From IMG/VR virus record IMGVR_UViG_3300036793_000157, positions 1 to 30,313 of that record: 30,313 bases of DNA; one strand, 5' to 3'. Both the position numbers and the translations under genes were made by a program. Position 1 is the stretch's first letter, and each line of letters opens with the position of its first letter. The DNA is from a virus. Its lineage: Duplodnaviria; Caudoviricetes. This document shows, in pieces, positions 1 through 8,385 of this stretch. A model generated the notes under the pieces. That model was not told the DNA's origin, did no database searches, and saw nothing but the letters and a program-made list of their open reading frames with translations.

Positions 1-9
1 GGGATCGGG

Positions 10-768
10 TCAGCTCGGTTGTACCGAGGCCAGGGCGATCAGGTAGGTGGCGAGGTCGTCCGACTTGCAGGCCTGAGTCAGTTCGGCGCGACCGAGGACG
101 GCCAGTTGCCGCACCTCGCGGAACTTGCGCCACTTGATGGCGTCTTCGGGATCTTCGAGCCCCTTGACCTCCACGGCGATACCCATGTCGGTCAGCAGGA
201 AGTCAGGGGCGTACCAACCGGCCGCGCGCCACAAGACGCCGTGCTCGCGCTCGTACCGCTCTACGGGGATCTTGTGGAGACCGCAGAGGCCCCAGAAGAG
301 CGCCTCCCACGTCGAGTCGAGAACGACAGCTTCATCTACCACGATGTGCTTCTTCTTCTTGGTGTGCTTCTGGGCGCAGGCGTTCGAGCAGTACTTCGCG
401 TATCCGAAGCTCTTGGGCCGGGAGACGGTCTCTCCGCAGTTCTGGCACTGGAACGTCCGGTGATTCGCCGGATCCGGCTGCCGCTTGAGGCCGTAGGTCT
501 CTCGGCAGTCCGGCGAGCAGTACTTAGTGGTGTTCCTGACCTCGTAAGGGATCCGGCCGACTCCGCACGGGCAATGCGAGCGAGGATCTTCGTCCCACTC
601 CTTGCGCTTACGCTCTCCCCGCTCGATGTTGCCGACGGTGCGATTGCAAGGTCTCGAACAGAAGCGCTGAGCTGAGCTACGCGCCTGAGTCAGCGTTACC
701 TCGAAGGTTTTGCCGCAACCCTCGCGGGCGCAAGTCCTGGACACAACAACGGGCTGGTTTCTCGTCAT
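10..768 (-). CDS. Zn-finger-repeat protein with C-terminal PD-(D/E)XK nuclease; putative free-standing homing endonuclease
   Basis: Three Cys-rich modules ending FCSRPC / YCSPDC / YCSNAC, then STWE...YAPDFLL...AVEVKG (PD...ExK signature). Lies directly downstream of the major capsid gene. Confidence 0.75.
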   Translation of the reverse strand: MTRNQPVVVSRTCAREGCGKTFEVTLTQARSSAQRFCSRPCNRTVGNIERGERKRKEWDEDPRSHCPCGVGRIPYEVRNTTKYCSPDCRETYGLKRQPDPANHRTFQCQNCGETVSRPKSFGYAKYCSNACAQKHTKKKKHIVVDEAVVLDSTWEALFWGLCGLHKIPVERYEREHGVLWRAAGWYAPDFLLTDMGIAVEVKGLEDPEDAIKWRKFREVRQLAVLGRAELTQACKSDDLATYLIALASVQPS

Positions 769-818
769 GGGTTCAGATCTTACATGAACACCATTGAGAC
801 GAGAAACCAGCCCGTTGT
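746..818 (-). promoter_or_regulatory. Perfect 21-bp inverted repeat covering the nuclease start codon (translation-occluding or terminating hairpin)
   Basis: acaacgggctggtttctcgtc (746-766) is the exact reverse complement of gacgagaaaccagcccgttgt (798-818). Extra pairing inside the loop (atgg/ccat, gttca/tgaac). Confidence 0.85.
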
Positions 819-824
819 AGCGGG

Positions 825-1865
825 TCAGACAGGCGCCGGGACCGTGATGGGCTGGGAAGCGACCGTCTTCGTCAAAGTGGCTAGCCCGCGCGGGTTGAGC
901 ACAGCCATGCTGACCATCTCGTCGAAGACCCAGCCCTTCCAGAAGGACTCGACCGTGTGGTTCTCCTCGACGTCGAGCGAGTAGAGAACCGGGAAGACCC
1001 CGAGGAAGTTCGGCTCCGGGGTGAGGAAGATCGTCCCACCCGGGACCATGATCGAACGCTGGATCTGGAACTCACCGAACGTGGTGATGGTCTCGCCAGC
1101 GACGACACGGTCCTTGAAGGCCCAGCCCGTGTCGTTGATCGTCCACTTGTAGAAGTCCCGGTAGTCCATCGGGTTGACCAGCAGGCGCGCGCTTTGCAGC
1201 TCGTGCATGTCGGTCAGGGACACGCCCGCGTACAGGGCGGCCGGGGTGAACACCGTGCCGGTCTGGGTTACCCGGTGGTCCGGGGTAACCGTGTGATCGG
1301 CGCGGTTGGCGTAGGCGTTGACCGCAGCCTGGAGGATGAGCATGAGCCGCGCATCCTCCTGCTTGAGGATGCTCTGCTTGGTCTCGTCCTGCGCCTGCTC
1401 GACCGCGTTGATTCGCAGGTAGACCAGGTCTTCCTTGCGGATCGCCGGGAAGGAGGCGATCCGGTAGAACCGGATCGGAACTCGCTTGCCCTCGAACGGG
1501 TTGATGCGGACTTCGCCCTCGTGGCCGGACATGACGTATGCCTGGCCGAGGTCGTCCCACACGTCGTACTCGACGGGGGTGCCCGGAGTGACCGGGTCCT
1601 CCATGAGCACGTTGCGGGTGATGCCCTGGTAGCGGAGCTTGAGCTGGATCGGCCCGACCATGCCGACGCCGAGGCGCCGGATGCCGTTGCTGCCGTCCTG
1701 AAGGATCAGGGCCAGCTTCTGCGTCTTCGCCGTGTGGGTCATCGTCTGTCCGCCGTTGAGGCGGGCGACGATGTTGGCCACGTAGTCGTCGGACTTGGTG
1801 GGGGTGGCCTGCTTGCGCAAGCTGTTCACCATTCCCCCGGCAGTCGTCGCGAGAGCGTTGGTCAT
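825..1865 (-). CDS. Major capsid protein (HK97-fold expected)
   Basis: 346 aa from ATG 1865 (SD GGAAAGGG). Strongly biased codon usage, capsid-like C-terminus (GWVFDEMVSMAVLNPRG), position after protease/scaffold/decoration genes. Recalled resemblance to cluster C-like actinophage capsids. Confidence 0.85.
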   Translation of the reverse strand: MTNALATTAGGMVNSLRKQATPTKSDDYVANIVARLNGGQTMTHTAKTQKLALILQDGSNGIRRLGVGMVGPIQLKLRYQGITRNVLMEDPVTPGTPVEYDVWDDLGQAYVMSGHEGEVRINPFEGKRVPIRFYRIASFPAIRKEDLVYLRINAVEQAQDETKQSILKQEDARLMLILQAAVNAYANRADHTVTPDHRVTQTGTVFTPAALYAGVSLTDMHELQSARLLVNPMDYRDFYKWTINDTGWAFKDRVVAGETITTFGEFQIQRSIMVPGGTIFLTPEPNFLGVFPVLYSLDVEENHTVESFWKGWVFDEMVSMAVLNPRGLATLTKTVASQPITVPAPV

Positions 1866-1899
1866 GTCTTTGTTCCCTTTCCTGAACTCTCGGGGCGGC

Positions 1900-2454
1900 T
1901 TAGGAGAAGGCCGAGCCCTCGGTGCCGTCGAGGCCACCGATGACGATCTTGCTGGCACTGGAGATCTTCAGCAGACGAGCCACCGGCTTGTCCGTGATGG
2001 TGGTACCGACGGTGCCCGCACCGACCGGGCAGAGCTGGCCGCGCTTGGCCGTGGTGGTGTACGCGTACACCAGGGGCAGTGCGCCGGTGCCGGGGTCGAC
2101 CCAGGTGGCCGTGGCGTCGAACGCGGGCGCGAGGACCTCGAACTCCGCGTCCGGGCTCATGACCCAGACGGCGCAGGCGTTGACGCCGCCCTGGTTGGAG
2201 ATCTCGGACTCGATGCCCGGGACGCCTTCCATGAACGCCGCCAGGCCGTACGGGCGCAGCGGGCCGGTGGTTCCGTTGCCGACCAGGGTGACCGAGTCAC
2301 CGATGGTCTTCGCCATCGCCATGCCCGCGTAGATCGGCACGGAGCTGTCCCAGGCCGGGTCCAAGAAGACCGACTTCGGCGTGCTCTGGGAGAACGCGTA
2401 CAGCGGCTTGAGCGTCCTGTGCAAGTAGGAGTTGTCCAGAGTAGTCCGCAGCAT
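1900..2454 (-). CDS. Putative capsid decoration/accessory protein
   Basis: 184 aa, beta-rich, strong SD GGAGGAGG, immediately upstream of the major capsid gene behind its own promoter-like motif. Confidence 0.65.
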   Translation of the reverse strand: MLRTTLDNSYLHRTLKPLYAFSQSTPKSVFLDPAWDSSVPIYAGMAMAKTIGDSVTLVGNGTTGPLRPYGLAAFMEGVPGIESEISNQGGVNACAVWVMSPDAEFEVLAPAFDATATWVDPGTGALPLVYAYTTTAKRGQLCPVGAGTVGTTITDKPVARLLKISSASKIVIGGLDGTEGSAFS

Positions 2455-2508
2455 GTGTTTCCTCCTCCAACAAGAAGGTGATTGGCGGAGGGCCGATGCG
2501 TCCCTCTC

Positions 2509-2546
2509 TCACAAGTTCTGGGAGCTTACGAGGGGGTTTGAACAGG
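2509..2546 (-). promoter_or_regulatory. Candidate late promoter motif (copy upstream of decoration/capsid genes)
   Basis: Minus strand CCTGT-N21-CAGAA-CTTG-TGA. Matches five other copies upstream of structural genes. Confidence 0.55.
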
Positions 2547-2558
2547 CTCGGACACGAT

Positions 2559-2596
2559 GAAAGGCCCCGCAATCTCAAGGAGATGCGGGGCCTTTC
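2559..2596 (-). terminator. Rho-independent terminator after scaffold gene
   Basis: Stem gaaaggccccgc / gcggggcctttc plus inner atctc/gagat. Intergenic. Confidence 0.8.
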
Positions 2597-2643
2597 GTGG
2601 ATGACTTTAGCAGAGAACCATCACCCTCTCTGCCGGGGTCACC

Positions 2644-3564
2644 TCACAGGAACAGATCTTCGTCGCTTTCCTGCATGGCCGCCGTGCGCTGACCGGCACC
2701 GCCGAGCGGGGGAGCCTGGCGGCCGGATGCCGACCGGGGCACCAGGCGCGGGTTGTGGTCCGCCTGCACGGACGCCTGCCGCTTGATGACCTGGTCGAGG
2801 GTGTCGATCTCCGCCTTGATCGCTTGGTAGGTCATGTTCGAGGACTGGATCCGGTGCTGGAGATCCAGGTCCATACCCTGCTCGATGCCCGCCTTCTTGC
2901 GCAGCTTGGCGAGGTGCAGGGAGGCCATGGTGCGCAGGGACGCCTCTTCGGCGATCTGCTGAGCGGTCTTCTGCACCGACGCCGTGCGCTGCGCGTTGGC
3001 GAAGTCCCCGGTCATCGGGAACGCCGTCTGCGGGTTCATCGGGTCACCCACGCGGACGTCGGTCTCTGTCTTGGTCTCGTTGAGCGGGCGCTGGGTCTGC
3101 GTCCCCTCGATCGGAGCCGTGACGTCCTGGAGGTTCTTGAACGCCGGACCCGCGATGTCCATGCCCGGGGTGTAGTTCGTGGTCGTGGCTGCGGCCGGAA
3201 CGTTGGTGGTCGATCCCGGGACCAGACCGGGGTCCTGGACGTTCGCCTTCGCCTCGGGGGTCTTGGTCTCGACCGTCGACTCCGTCGGGGGGACTGCCGG
3301 GGGCTCGGGAACGGGCTCCGCCGGGTTCTGCACGTCGGCGGTGAGCAACTTGAGGCCCATGGCGCTCGCCACTCGGTGCTCGACACCCGCCATCACCGAG
3401 ATCGCCTGAAGACCCCGGGTGAGCCGGTCGATCTGCTCCTGCTGGGCCTTGGCGATCCGGAGCATGTTCCCGAGGGAGGCGTCCTGCGCCTCTGCCCTCT
3501 TGGCCTGGGCCTTGATCAGCGTCTGCTGCTCGGCCATGACCTGCATTGCCGTACGTGGTGCCAT
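2644..3564 (-). CDS. Putative capsid scaffolding protein
   Basis: 306 aa with coiled-coil N- and C-terminal parts and a Pro/Thr-rich linker. Lies between protease and capsid genes. Several K/R-x-A motifs (QRTAS, QKTAQ, KRQAS, QRTAA). Confidence 0.6.
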   Translation of the reverse strand: MAPRTAMQVMAEQQTLIKAQAKRAEAQDASLGNMLRIAKAQQEQIDRLTRGLQAISVMAGVEHRVASAMGLKLLTADVQNPAEPVPEPPAVPPTESTVETKTPEAKANVQDPGLVPGSTTNVPAAATTTNYTPGMDIAGPAFKNLQDVTAPIEGTQTQRPLNETKTETDVRVGDPMNPQTAFPMTGDFANAQRTASVQKTAQQIAEEASLRTMASLHLAKLRKKAGIEQGMDLDLQHRIQSSNMTYQAIKAEIDTLDQVIKRQASVQADHNPRLVPRSASGRQAPPLGGAGQRTAAMQESDEDLFL

Positions 3565-3598
3565 GGGTACTCACTCTTCCTTCGCCATGATGGGTGTC

Positions 3599-3635
3599 TC
3601 TAACGTTTGGTCTTCGACTTCTTCTTGAAGACAGG
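3599..3635 (-). promoter_or_regulatory. Candidate late promoter motif (upstream of scaffold, overlapping protease 3' end)
   Basis: Minus strand CCTGT-N20-CCAAA-CGTT-AGA, 37 nt span similar to the other copies; last triplet deviates. Confidence 0.4.
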
Positions 3636-6008
3636 ACCCTTGTCGTCGTCGGAGTCGTCGTCATCGTCCTTGGGCGCTCCATCGGAGGACTTCACCGCAA
3701 CACCCGGCTGATCATCGTCCTCGTCGTCGTCATCCGGAGCGGAGTCCTTGTCGGCGTCTTTGTCGCCGCCCTTGGGGTCCCACTTCGGACCCTCGTCGTC
3801 CTCGTCGGAGGAATCGTCGTCGTCCTCAGCCGGTTCCTCACCGGGGATGGCTCCGGGCGCACCCTCGTCGCCTTCTTCCGCTTCGAGGTCTCCCTGGCTC
3901 TCCAGGAGGCCCTTGCCGCACGCGGGGCAGACGTCGCCCTCTGCGGCGCCGCCGGTCTCCTCGGTCTCCTGAGTGGCCACGTCGGGCGCGGTCTCGTCGG
4001 TGTCCACGGACTCCGGCTGCTCCTCGGGGAACTCGGTCCCGCAGTTGTCGCAGATCAGCGTCCCGTCGCCTTCGCCCTGCGCCATCTTGTCCGGGTCGGC
4101 CATCTGCGTCTGGTCGAACTGCTGTTGCTGCTGCTGGAGGTTGATCTTGGACGCCATGTCCAGGTCGGGGTCGTTGAACGGGCTCGGCGGGGCGACGTAG
4201 CCGCAGACGGGGCAGTTTTTCCCGTCATATGCGTCGTCCTCACCACATATCGGACAATTTTCGTCCCTCAGGGTGTCGATGTTCGGCGGAGCGAGCGTCT
4301 CTCCGTACGCGAGGTGCCGGGATGCCACGTAGCCCGTCCCAGGGCCCGCGTGGCCGTCGGGAATGTGCTTCTGGCGGAAGTCGTCCCAGCCCTTCTCCGC
4401 GTTCGTCCGGGAGACCTCTCGACCCTTGTTCAGCCGGTCGTTGTTGCTGTCGGTCCCCTTGGCGGCCGCTTCCGCTTCCTGGTTCTTCCGCTGCTGGACG
4501 AGCCAGGTCACCGCCTGCACCGCGTGGCCAGGGATGTGCTCGCCCTCCTGCTTGGAGATGTGCTGCGCCGCCTGGTGGTAGGCGTTCACCACGTGGTCGT
4601 ACCCGGCCGACCGGTTCATGGTCCCGTCCTTGCGCCGGGACCCTCCACTGACCGGCGCGGCGTTGTAGTCCTCGCTCGACATCCGTTTGCCGGTGGCCAC
4701 ACCCAGCGCGTGCCGGTCGATGACCACGTGGGAGACGTGCTCCGGGTGGTCCTCGGGGTGCTCGTCTCCGCCGTGCTCGATGAGGTGGGCGAAGTCCCTG
4801 ATCTTGGGCCCGCTCACGACGTCGTTGTAGTGCTTGCCGGAGAGCACCTTGTCCATGGAGTCGGACTGGCTCTTGGAGGCGAAGATGCCGGATCCCGGGC
4901 CGCCGATGCCGTGGCCTTCGTGCAGCGCTCGCGCTGCGTTGTGCATGTTCCCGGCCCACCCCTGCTGAGGGCTGTAGATGGCCAGGGCGCCCGCGCCAAG
5001 GTGCGAGTCACCGTTCGGATGCCGGGCATCCTTGTCCCCCTCGGACTTGCCAGGCCGGATCGGGGCGAGCTTCGCAATGCTCTTGGCCACCAGGTGCGCG
5101 TCGGGGTACCAGCGCTTCCCCTGAGCCTTCTCGTCATCGGTGGCGTCGTTCCAGTGGCTGATGATGTGGTCGGGATGCACCGGGTTCGCCTTGAAGAACG
5201 GGTGATCCACCGGATCGACCCGCGCGGCCTCCTTGTGCATCCTGCTCGGGTCGAAATCCCAGCGCTCTGCGTTGTACGGCTCCATGATCGGTTCCTTCCG
5301 CACCACATGGATGCGCTCGCGGGAGGCCGTGCGCTGGAGCCCGGCAGTGAGGTGTTCGAGGCCGGATCCGACAACGGGGTCACCCAGCGTGAATGCCGTC
5401 GGGTCTGCGGGAGGCTCGACGAGCAGGGAGTTCTCGAAGAACCGGAGGCCGTAGCAGGTCTCGAAGATGTGCCGACCCTTCTTGCCCGAGGCGAAGAACT
5501 TGCGCCCCTTCTGCCCGGGGATGTGCTGGCAGTAGCTGAAGGTGTCGGTGGCCTTGTTCCCGCAGGCGCTGCACACCGAATGGTCGACGTCGACACCCAT
5601 GGAGGTGCGCTCGATCTCCCTGCGGAGGATCCTCTGCGCGAGCTTGGGGAAGGTCAGCGCGTCGACTTCCTGAAGGCCTTCGACCCAGGTGTCGGGGGAT
5701 CCGTCGGAGTTCTTGTGGTGGTGCAGTGCCGCGTCGACGATGACCCCACGCGCCCGGTAGTGGTTCTCGTTGTGGTGACTGATGAAGACCGGCTTGCCGA
5801 GGAAGGTCTGCCAACCCTTGGTGATCTCATCGGCGGGGAAGCCGTCCCAGTTGTCGTTGACCCTGCTGGAGATCATCCGCGAGCGGACGTAGATCATCCC
5901 CTGCTTGGGCTCGAACTCGAAATTATGCCGCGCGGCGTTCCGGATCAGGCCGTTCCGAGGAAGCTCCATCGCCTCCAGCATCGTGGTACTGGCCCACTTT
6001 TTGATCAC
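3600..6008 (-). CDS. Capsid maturation (prohead) protease fusion: protease + inserted glycosylase-like domain + Zn ribbons + acidic tail
   Basis: N-terminal NDNWDGF...GKPVFISHH...RTSMG...CSACG...CQHI...FFENSLLVEPPADP (His/Ser herpes/HK97-type protease pattern). Middle domain KRWY...YSPQQGW..N...SGPKIRDF...VIDRHA...VQAVTW. Four CxxC pairs and a D/E-rich tail. Confidence 0.7.
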   Translation of the reverse strand: MIKKWASTTMLEAMELPRNGLIRNAARHNFEFEPKQGMIYVRSRMISSRVNDNWDGFPADEITKGWQTFLGKPVFISHHNENHYRARGVIVDAALHHHKNSDGSPDTWVEGLQEVDALTFPKLAQRILRREIERTSMGVDVDHSVCSACGNKATDTFSYCQHIPGQKGRKFFASGKKGRHIFETCYGLRFFENSLLVEPPADPTAFTLGDPVVGSGLEHLTAGLQRTASRERIHVVRKEPIMEPYNAERWDFDPSRMHKEAARVDPVDHPFFKANPVHPDHIISHWNDATDDEKAQGKRWYPDAHLVAKSIAKLAPIRPGKSEGDKDARHPNGDSHLGAGALAIYSPQQGWAGNMHNAARALHEGHGIGGPGSGIFASKSQSDSMDKVLSGKHYNDVVSGPKIRDFAHLIEHGGDEHPEDHPEHVSHVVIDRHALGVATGKRMSSEDYNAAPVSGGSRRKDGTMNRSAGYDHVVNAYHQAAQHISKQEGEHIPGHAVQAVTWLVQQRKNQEAEAAAKGTDSNNDRLNKGREVSRTNAEKGWDDFRQKHIPDGHAGPGTGYVASRHLAYGETLAPPNIDTLRDENCPICGEDDAYDGKNCPVCGYVAPPSPFNDPDLDMASKINLQQQQQQFDQTQMADPDKMAQGEGDGTLICDNCGTEFPEEQPESVDTDETAPDVATQETEETGGAAEGDVCPACGKGLLESQGDLEAEEGDEGAPGAIPGEEPAEDDDDSSDEDDEGPKWDPKGGDKDADKDSAPDDDDEDDDQPGVAVKSSDGAPKDDDDDSDDDKGPVFKKKSKTKR

Positions 6009-6030
6009 ACCGACTCACCTGACCCTTCGC

Positions 6031-6067
6031 TCACCCATTGGGCTGCGTAGGGCCAGGTGAGAACAGT
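6031..6067 (-). promoter_or_regulatory. Candidate late promoter motif (upstream of protease)
   Basis: Minus strand ACTGT-N20-CCCAA-TGGG-TGA. Confidence 0.55.
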
Positions 6068-6984
6068 CAGGAGGTCGGTGGCGTACTCAGCGACTGGGTG
6101 CAGGTGTACTTCGGATTCTGGTAGTCGAACGACGCCGCCCGCTGGCACGTGGTGGTCGTCCCGTCCAGGTTGGTCGTCACCCAGGACACCGGAGGCTGTC
6201 CGTCGTTGCCCTGGGCACCGACCGGAACCGGACCGGCGTCCGTGGTCGTGGTGTCGGTGTAGGTGACGATCAGGTGCCCATTGACGATGGCCGTACTGGC
6301 GATACCGCGACCGGCCGGGCCCGTGGCTCCGTTGGTGCCGTTCGTGCCATTGGTCCCGTTGGTGCCGTCCTTGCCGACCACCTGGCCGACGTCCTGCGAT
6401 GTGCCGTCGGAGTAGATCAGGGTGAGGTGCCCATTGGCGATCGTAGATCCGGTGATCCCCCGGCCAGCCACTCCGGGGTCACCCTTGATGACGCCCTTGT
6501 CCTCGGTGGTGCCATCGGTGTAGGTGATCTTGAAGTGACCGTCAACGATCGCTGTGCCGGTGATGCCCCGGCCAGGAAGGCCCGGTACGCCGGAGGCCCC
6601 CTGCTGACCCTGGGGGCCCGCAGAGGCAGGCGGTACTGCGGCCAGGACTGCGGCCTTGAGTTTCTTCGCCGCGTCGCAGGCGCCCGAGGACTCCAACTGC
6701 TTGGCAGCGGCGTCGTTGCCCAGGCAGAGCAGCAGCTGCGTGTCCGCCGAGGTGTTGGCCGCGCCCGCGAGCACGTCCTTCTGCACGGTGACCGCATCAC
6801 GTTGCTGGGTAACCGTCTGCGTCTGACTGACAGGGAAGGTGAAGAGGATCGCCATCACGGCGATGAGCAATCCGGACAGGGCGAGGCTGGTGAACCACCG
6901 CTGCCGGACCTTGTGCTTCTCCTCGACGCGGGCCGCCTGGAGCAGCTCGTTCGCCTCGGGAGTGATCGTAGGGTCAAGTGACAT
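6067..6984 (-). CDS. Membrane-anchored collagen-like repeat protein
   Basis: Single TM helix (WFTSLALSGLLIAVMAILFTF), coiled coil with a Cys pair, Gly-X-Y triplets, three GRGI..T.I.(D/N)GH...Y.D.T..D.G repeats, C-terminal Cys pair. Confidence 0.75.
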   Translation of the reverse strand: MSLDPTITPEANELLQAARVEEKHKVRQRWFTSLALSGLLIAVMAILFTFPVSQTQTVTQQRDAVTVQKDVLAGAANTSADTQLLLCLGNDAAAKQLESSGACDAAKKLKAAVLAAVPPASAGPQGQQGASGVPGLPGRGITGTAIVDGHFKITYTDGTTEDKGVIKGDPGVAGRGITGSTIANGHLTLIYSDGTSQDVGQVVGKDGTNGTNGTNGTNGATGPAGRGIASTAIVNGHLIVTYTDTTTTDAGPVPVGAQGNDGQPPVSWVTTNLDGTTTTCQRAASFDYQNPKYTCTQSLSTPPTS

Positions 6985-7273
6985 TACCGGTCCCCTCAGA
7001 AGGCACCGCGATATCGTTGTGGATCAGTGCGCGTCGGTACAGCGCTGCCTGGTCCTCGGCCTTCATGATTCGTTGTCGGTAGCGCTCGGTCTCCGCCTCG
7101 GCCTCGTCGGCTCGCTGGAGTGCGCGTCGGTTCTCTTTCTCGAACCGGCTGATCACGGAGTCCTCGGACTCCAGCCGTCCCTTGCGGCGGCCGTCTATCA
7201 CCCTAGCCACCGTGGCAACCAGGGTGGCGAAACCGCCGCCGAAGACGACTCCGAGGACCAGCTCCAGGTTCAT
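6974..7273 (-). CDS. Small membrane protein with coiled coil (lysis-cassette type)
   Basis: 99 aa from ATG 7273, which overlaps the upstream stop. One N-terminal TM followed by a charged coiled coil. Confidence 0.65.
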   Translation of the reverse strand: MNLELVLGVVFGGGFATLVATVARVIDGRRKGRLESEDSVISRFEKENRRALQRADEAEAETERYRQRIMKAEDQAALYRRALIHNDIAVPSEGTGNVT

Positions 7274-7692
7274 GTGGTGCCGTCCAGCGTGCGTGATGCG
7301 CGGGTGAGTTGCCACAGCTCCGCGTACCGCCGGACAAGCAACAGGCACAGGGCCAATGTGCTGAAGAGCACGTAGATCGTTCCCGTCGACTCGGCCCAAT
7401 GGCCTCCGTTGACAAGGAAGATCAACCGGGCGACCACCACAGCGATGTAGGCGATGTACCCGGTCAGCAGCAGGGTGATCGCTATCAGCTCGATCCCCAT
7501 GTTGCGCAGAAGAGCGCTAAGGACGCCCATCAGCCCTCCGACGGTCAGCGAGCCCGCCCACACGTAGATCCAGATCTTCCAGCCGACCAGAGAAAAGCTG
7601 GCGAGCGGGATGAAGATCGACGCGATGGCGGACACGCACATGAACAGGTAGGCGAAGAGGAGAAGACTGCGGGGTAGCGGTCGCGTCACCAC
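7270..7692 (-). CDS. Four-TM membrane protein (holin-like candidate)
   Basis: 140 aa, four hydrophobic segments, SD GAGGGAGG. Confidence 0.65.
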   Translation of the reverse strand: MVTRPLPRSLLLFAYLFMCVSAIASIFIPLASFSLVGWKIWIYVWAGSLTVGGLMGVLSALLRNMGIELIAITLLLTGYIAYIAVVVARLIFLVNGGHWAESTGTIYVLFSTLALCLLLVRRYAELWQLTRASRTLDGTT

Positions 7693-7734
7693 GTGGGTAC
7701 CTCCCTCTTCGTCACCTGGATGGATCCAGAACGC

Positions 7735-7899
7735 CTAGTTGGCGATACCGGGAGCGAGCAGGAGTGCACCGACGAAGCCGATGATCACGGAGACGTGGAA
7801 CAGCAGCGGGCGCCGGTAGGTGGGCACGGTGTGCCACAGGATCGCGTGCAGTGCGGTACCCACAAGGGCAATGATGATCAGGATTGTCGCCAGGGTCAT
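7735..7899 (-). CDS. Small two-TM membrane protein
   Basis: 54 aa from ATG 7899 with SD AAGGAG. Two hydrophobic helices joined by a basic loop. Confidence 0.6.
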   Translation of the reverse strand: MTLATILIIIALVGTALHAILWHTVPTYRRPLLFHVSVIIGFVGALLLAPGIAN

Positions 7900-7913
7900 G
7901 AGAAGCTCCTTCG

Positions 7914-7949
7914 TCACAGGTTGGCATGGGAAACGGCACCACGGACAGG
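7914..7949 (-). promoter_or_regulatory. Candidate late promoter motif (upstream of membrane cassette)
   Basis: Minus strand CCTGT-N19-GCCAA-CCTG-TGA. Confidence 0.55.
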
Positions 7950-7972
7950 AGTCGATCTACACCCTGGGGTGA

Positions 7973-8371
7973 CTAGCCGCCGCTGTTCTGCATGCGGACG
8001 AGAAGACCTCGGATTGCGGTCTTGACGTCGTCGTCGGACAGTTCGGCGTCAGGGGTCGTCATGACCCGCTGGACCAGGGCGATGTAGTCGATCGTGGACT
8101 GTGGCACTCCCCACATGGCGTCGGGAACATGGTCGTCCATGACCTGGGTGACCACGGCGCTGTCCACGGTGGACGGCACAAGCCAGATATACCCAAGACC
8201 GGTACCTGGATCACGTGACCCGGACAACTGGATCGTCGTGCCGAGCTTCTTCTCCAACTCGTCGTGGAGCTGCGCCTGGTTGACGTCCTTGGTCAGCTCG
8301 AACTTCGCGCAGTCCACGTCTGGGAACGGGGTCCAGTCGTCGGATACGGGCGGTGAGACGGCCTCGGTCAC
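7973..8371 (-). CDS. Hypothetical protein (possibly virion-associated)
   Basis: 132 aa, GTG start with SD AAGGAG, host-like codon usage. Confidence 0.65.
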   Translation of the reverse strand: MTEAVSPPVSDDWTPFPDVDCAKFELTKDVNQAQLHDELEKKLGTTIQLSGSRDPGTGLGYIWLVPSTVDSAVVTQVMDDHVPDAMWGVPQSTIDYIALVQRVMTTPDAELSDDDVKTAIRGLLVRMQNSGG

Positions 8372-8385
8372 GTGAAGCTCCTTCG

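Noticed and set aside
1266-1290. Inverted repeat ggttaccc-N9-gggtaacc inside the capsid gene
   Set aside because: Half sites resemble the operator, but the spacing is 9 rather than 4 and there is no promoter context. May be chance.
4117-4137. Poly-Gln run and acidic low-complexity tail of the protease
   Set aside because: Ordinary low-complexity linker with no regular DNA repeat structure.
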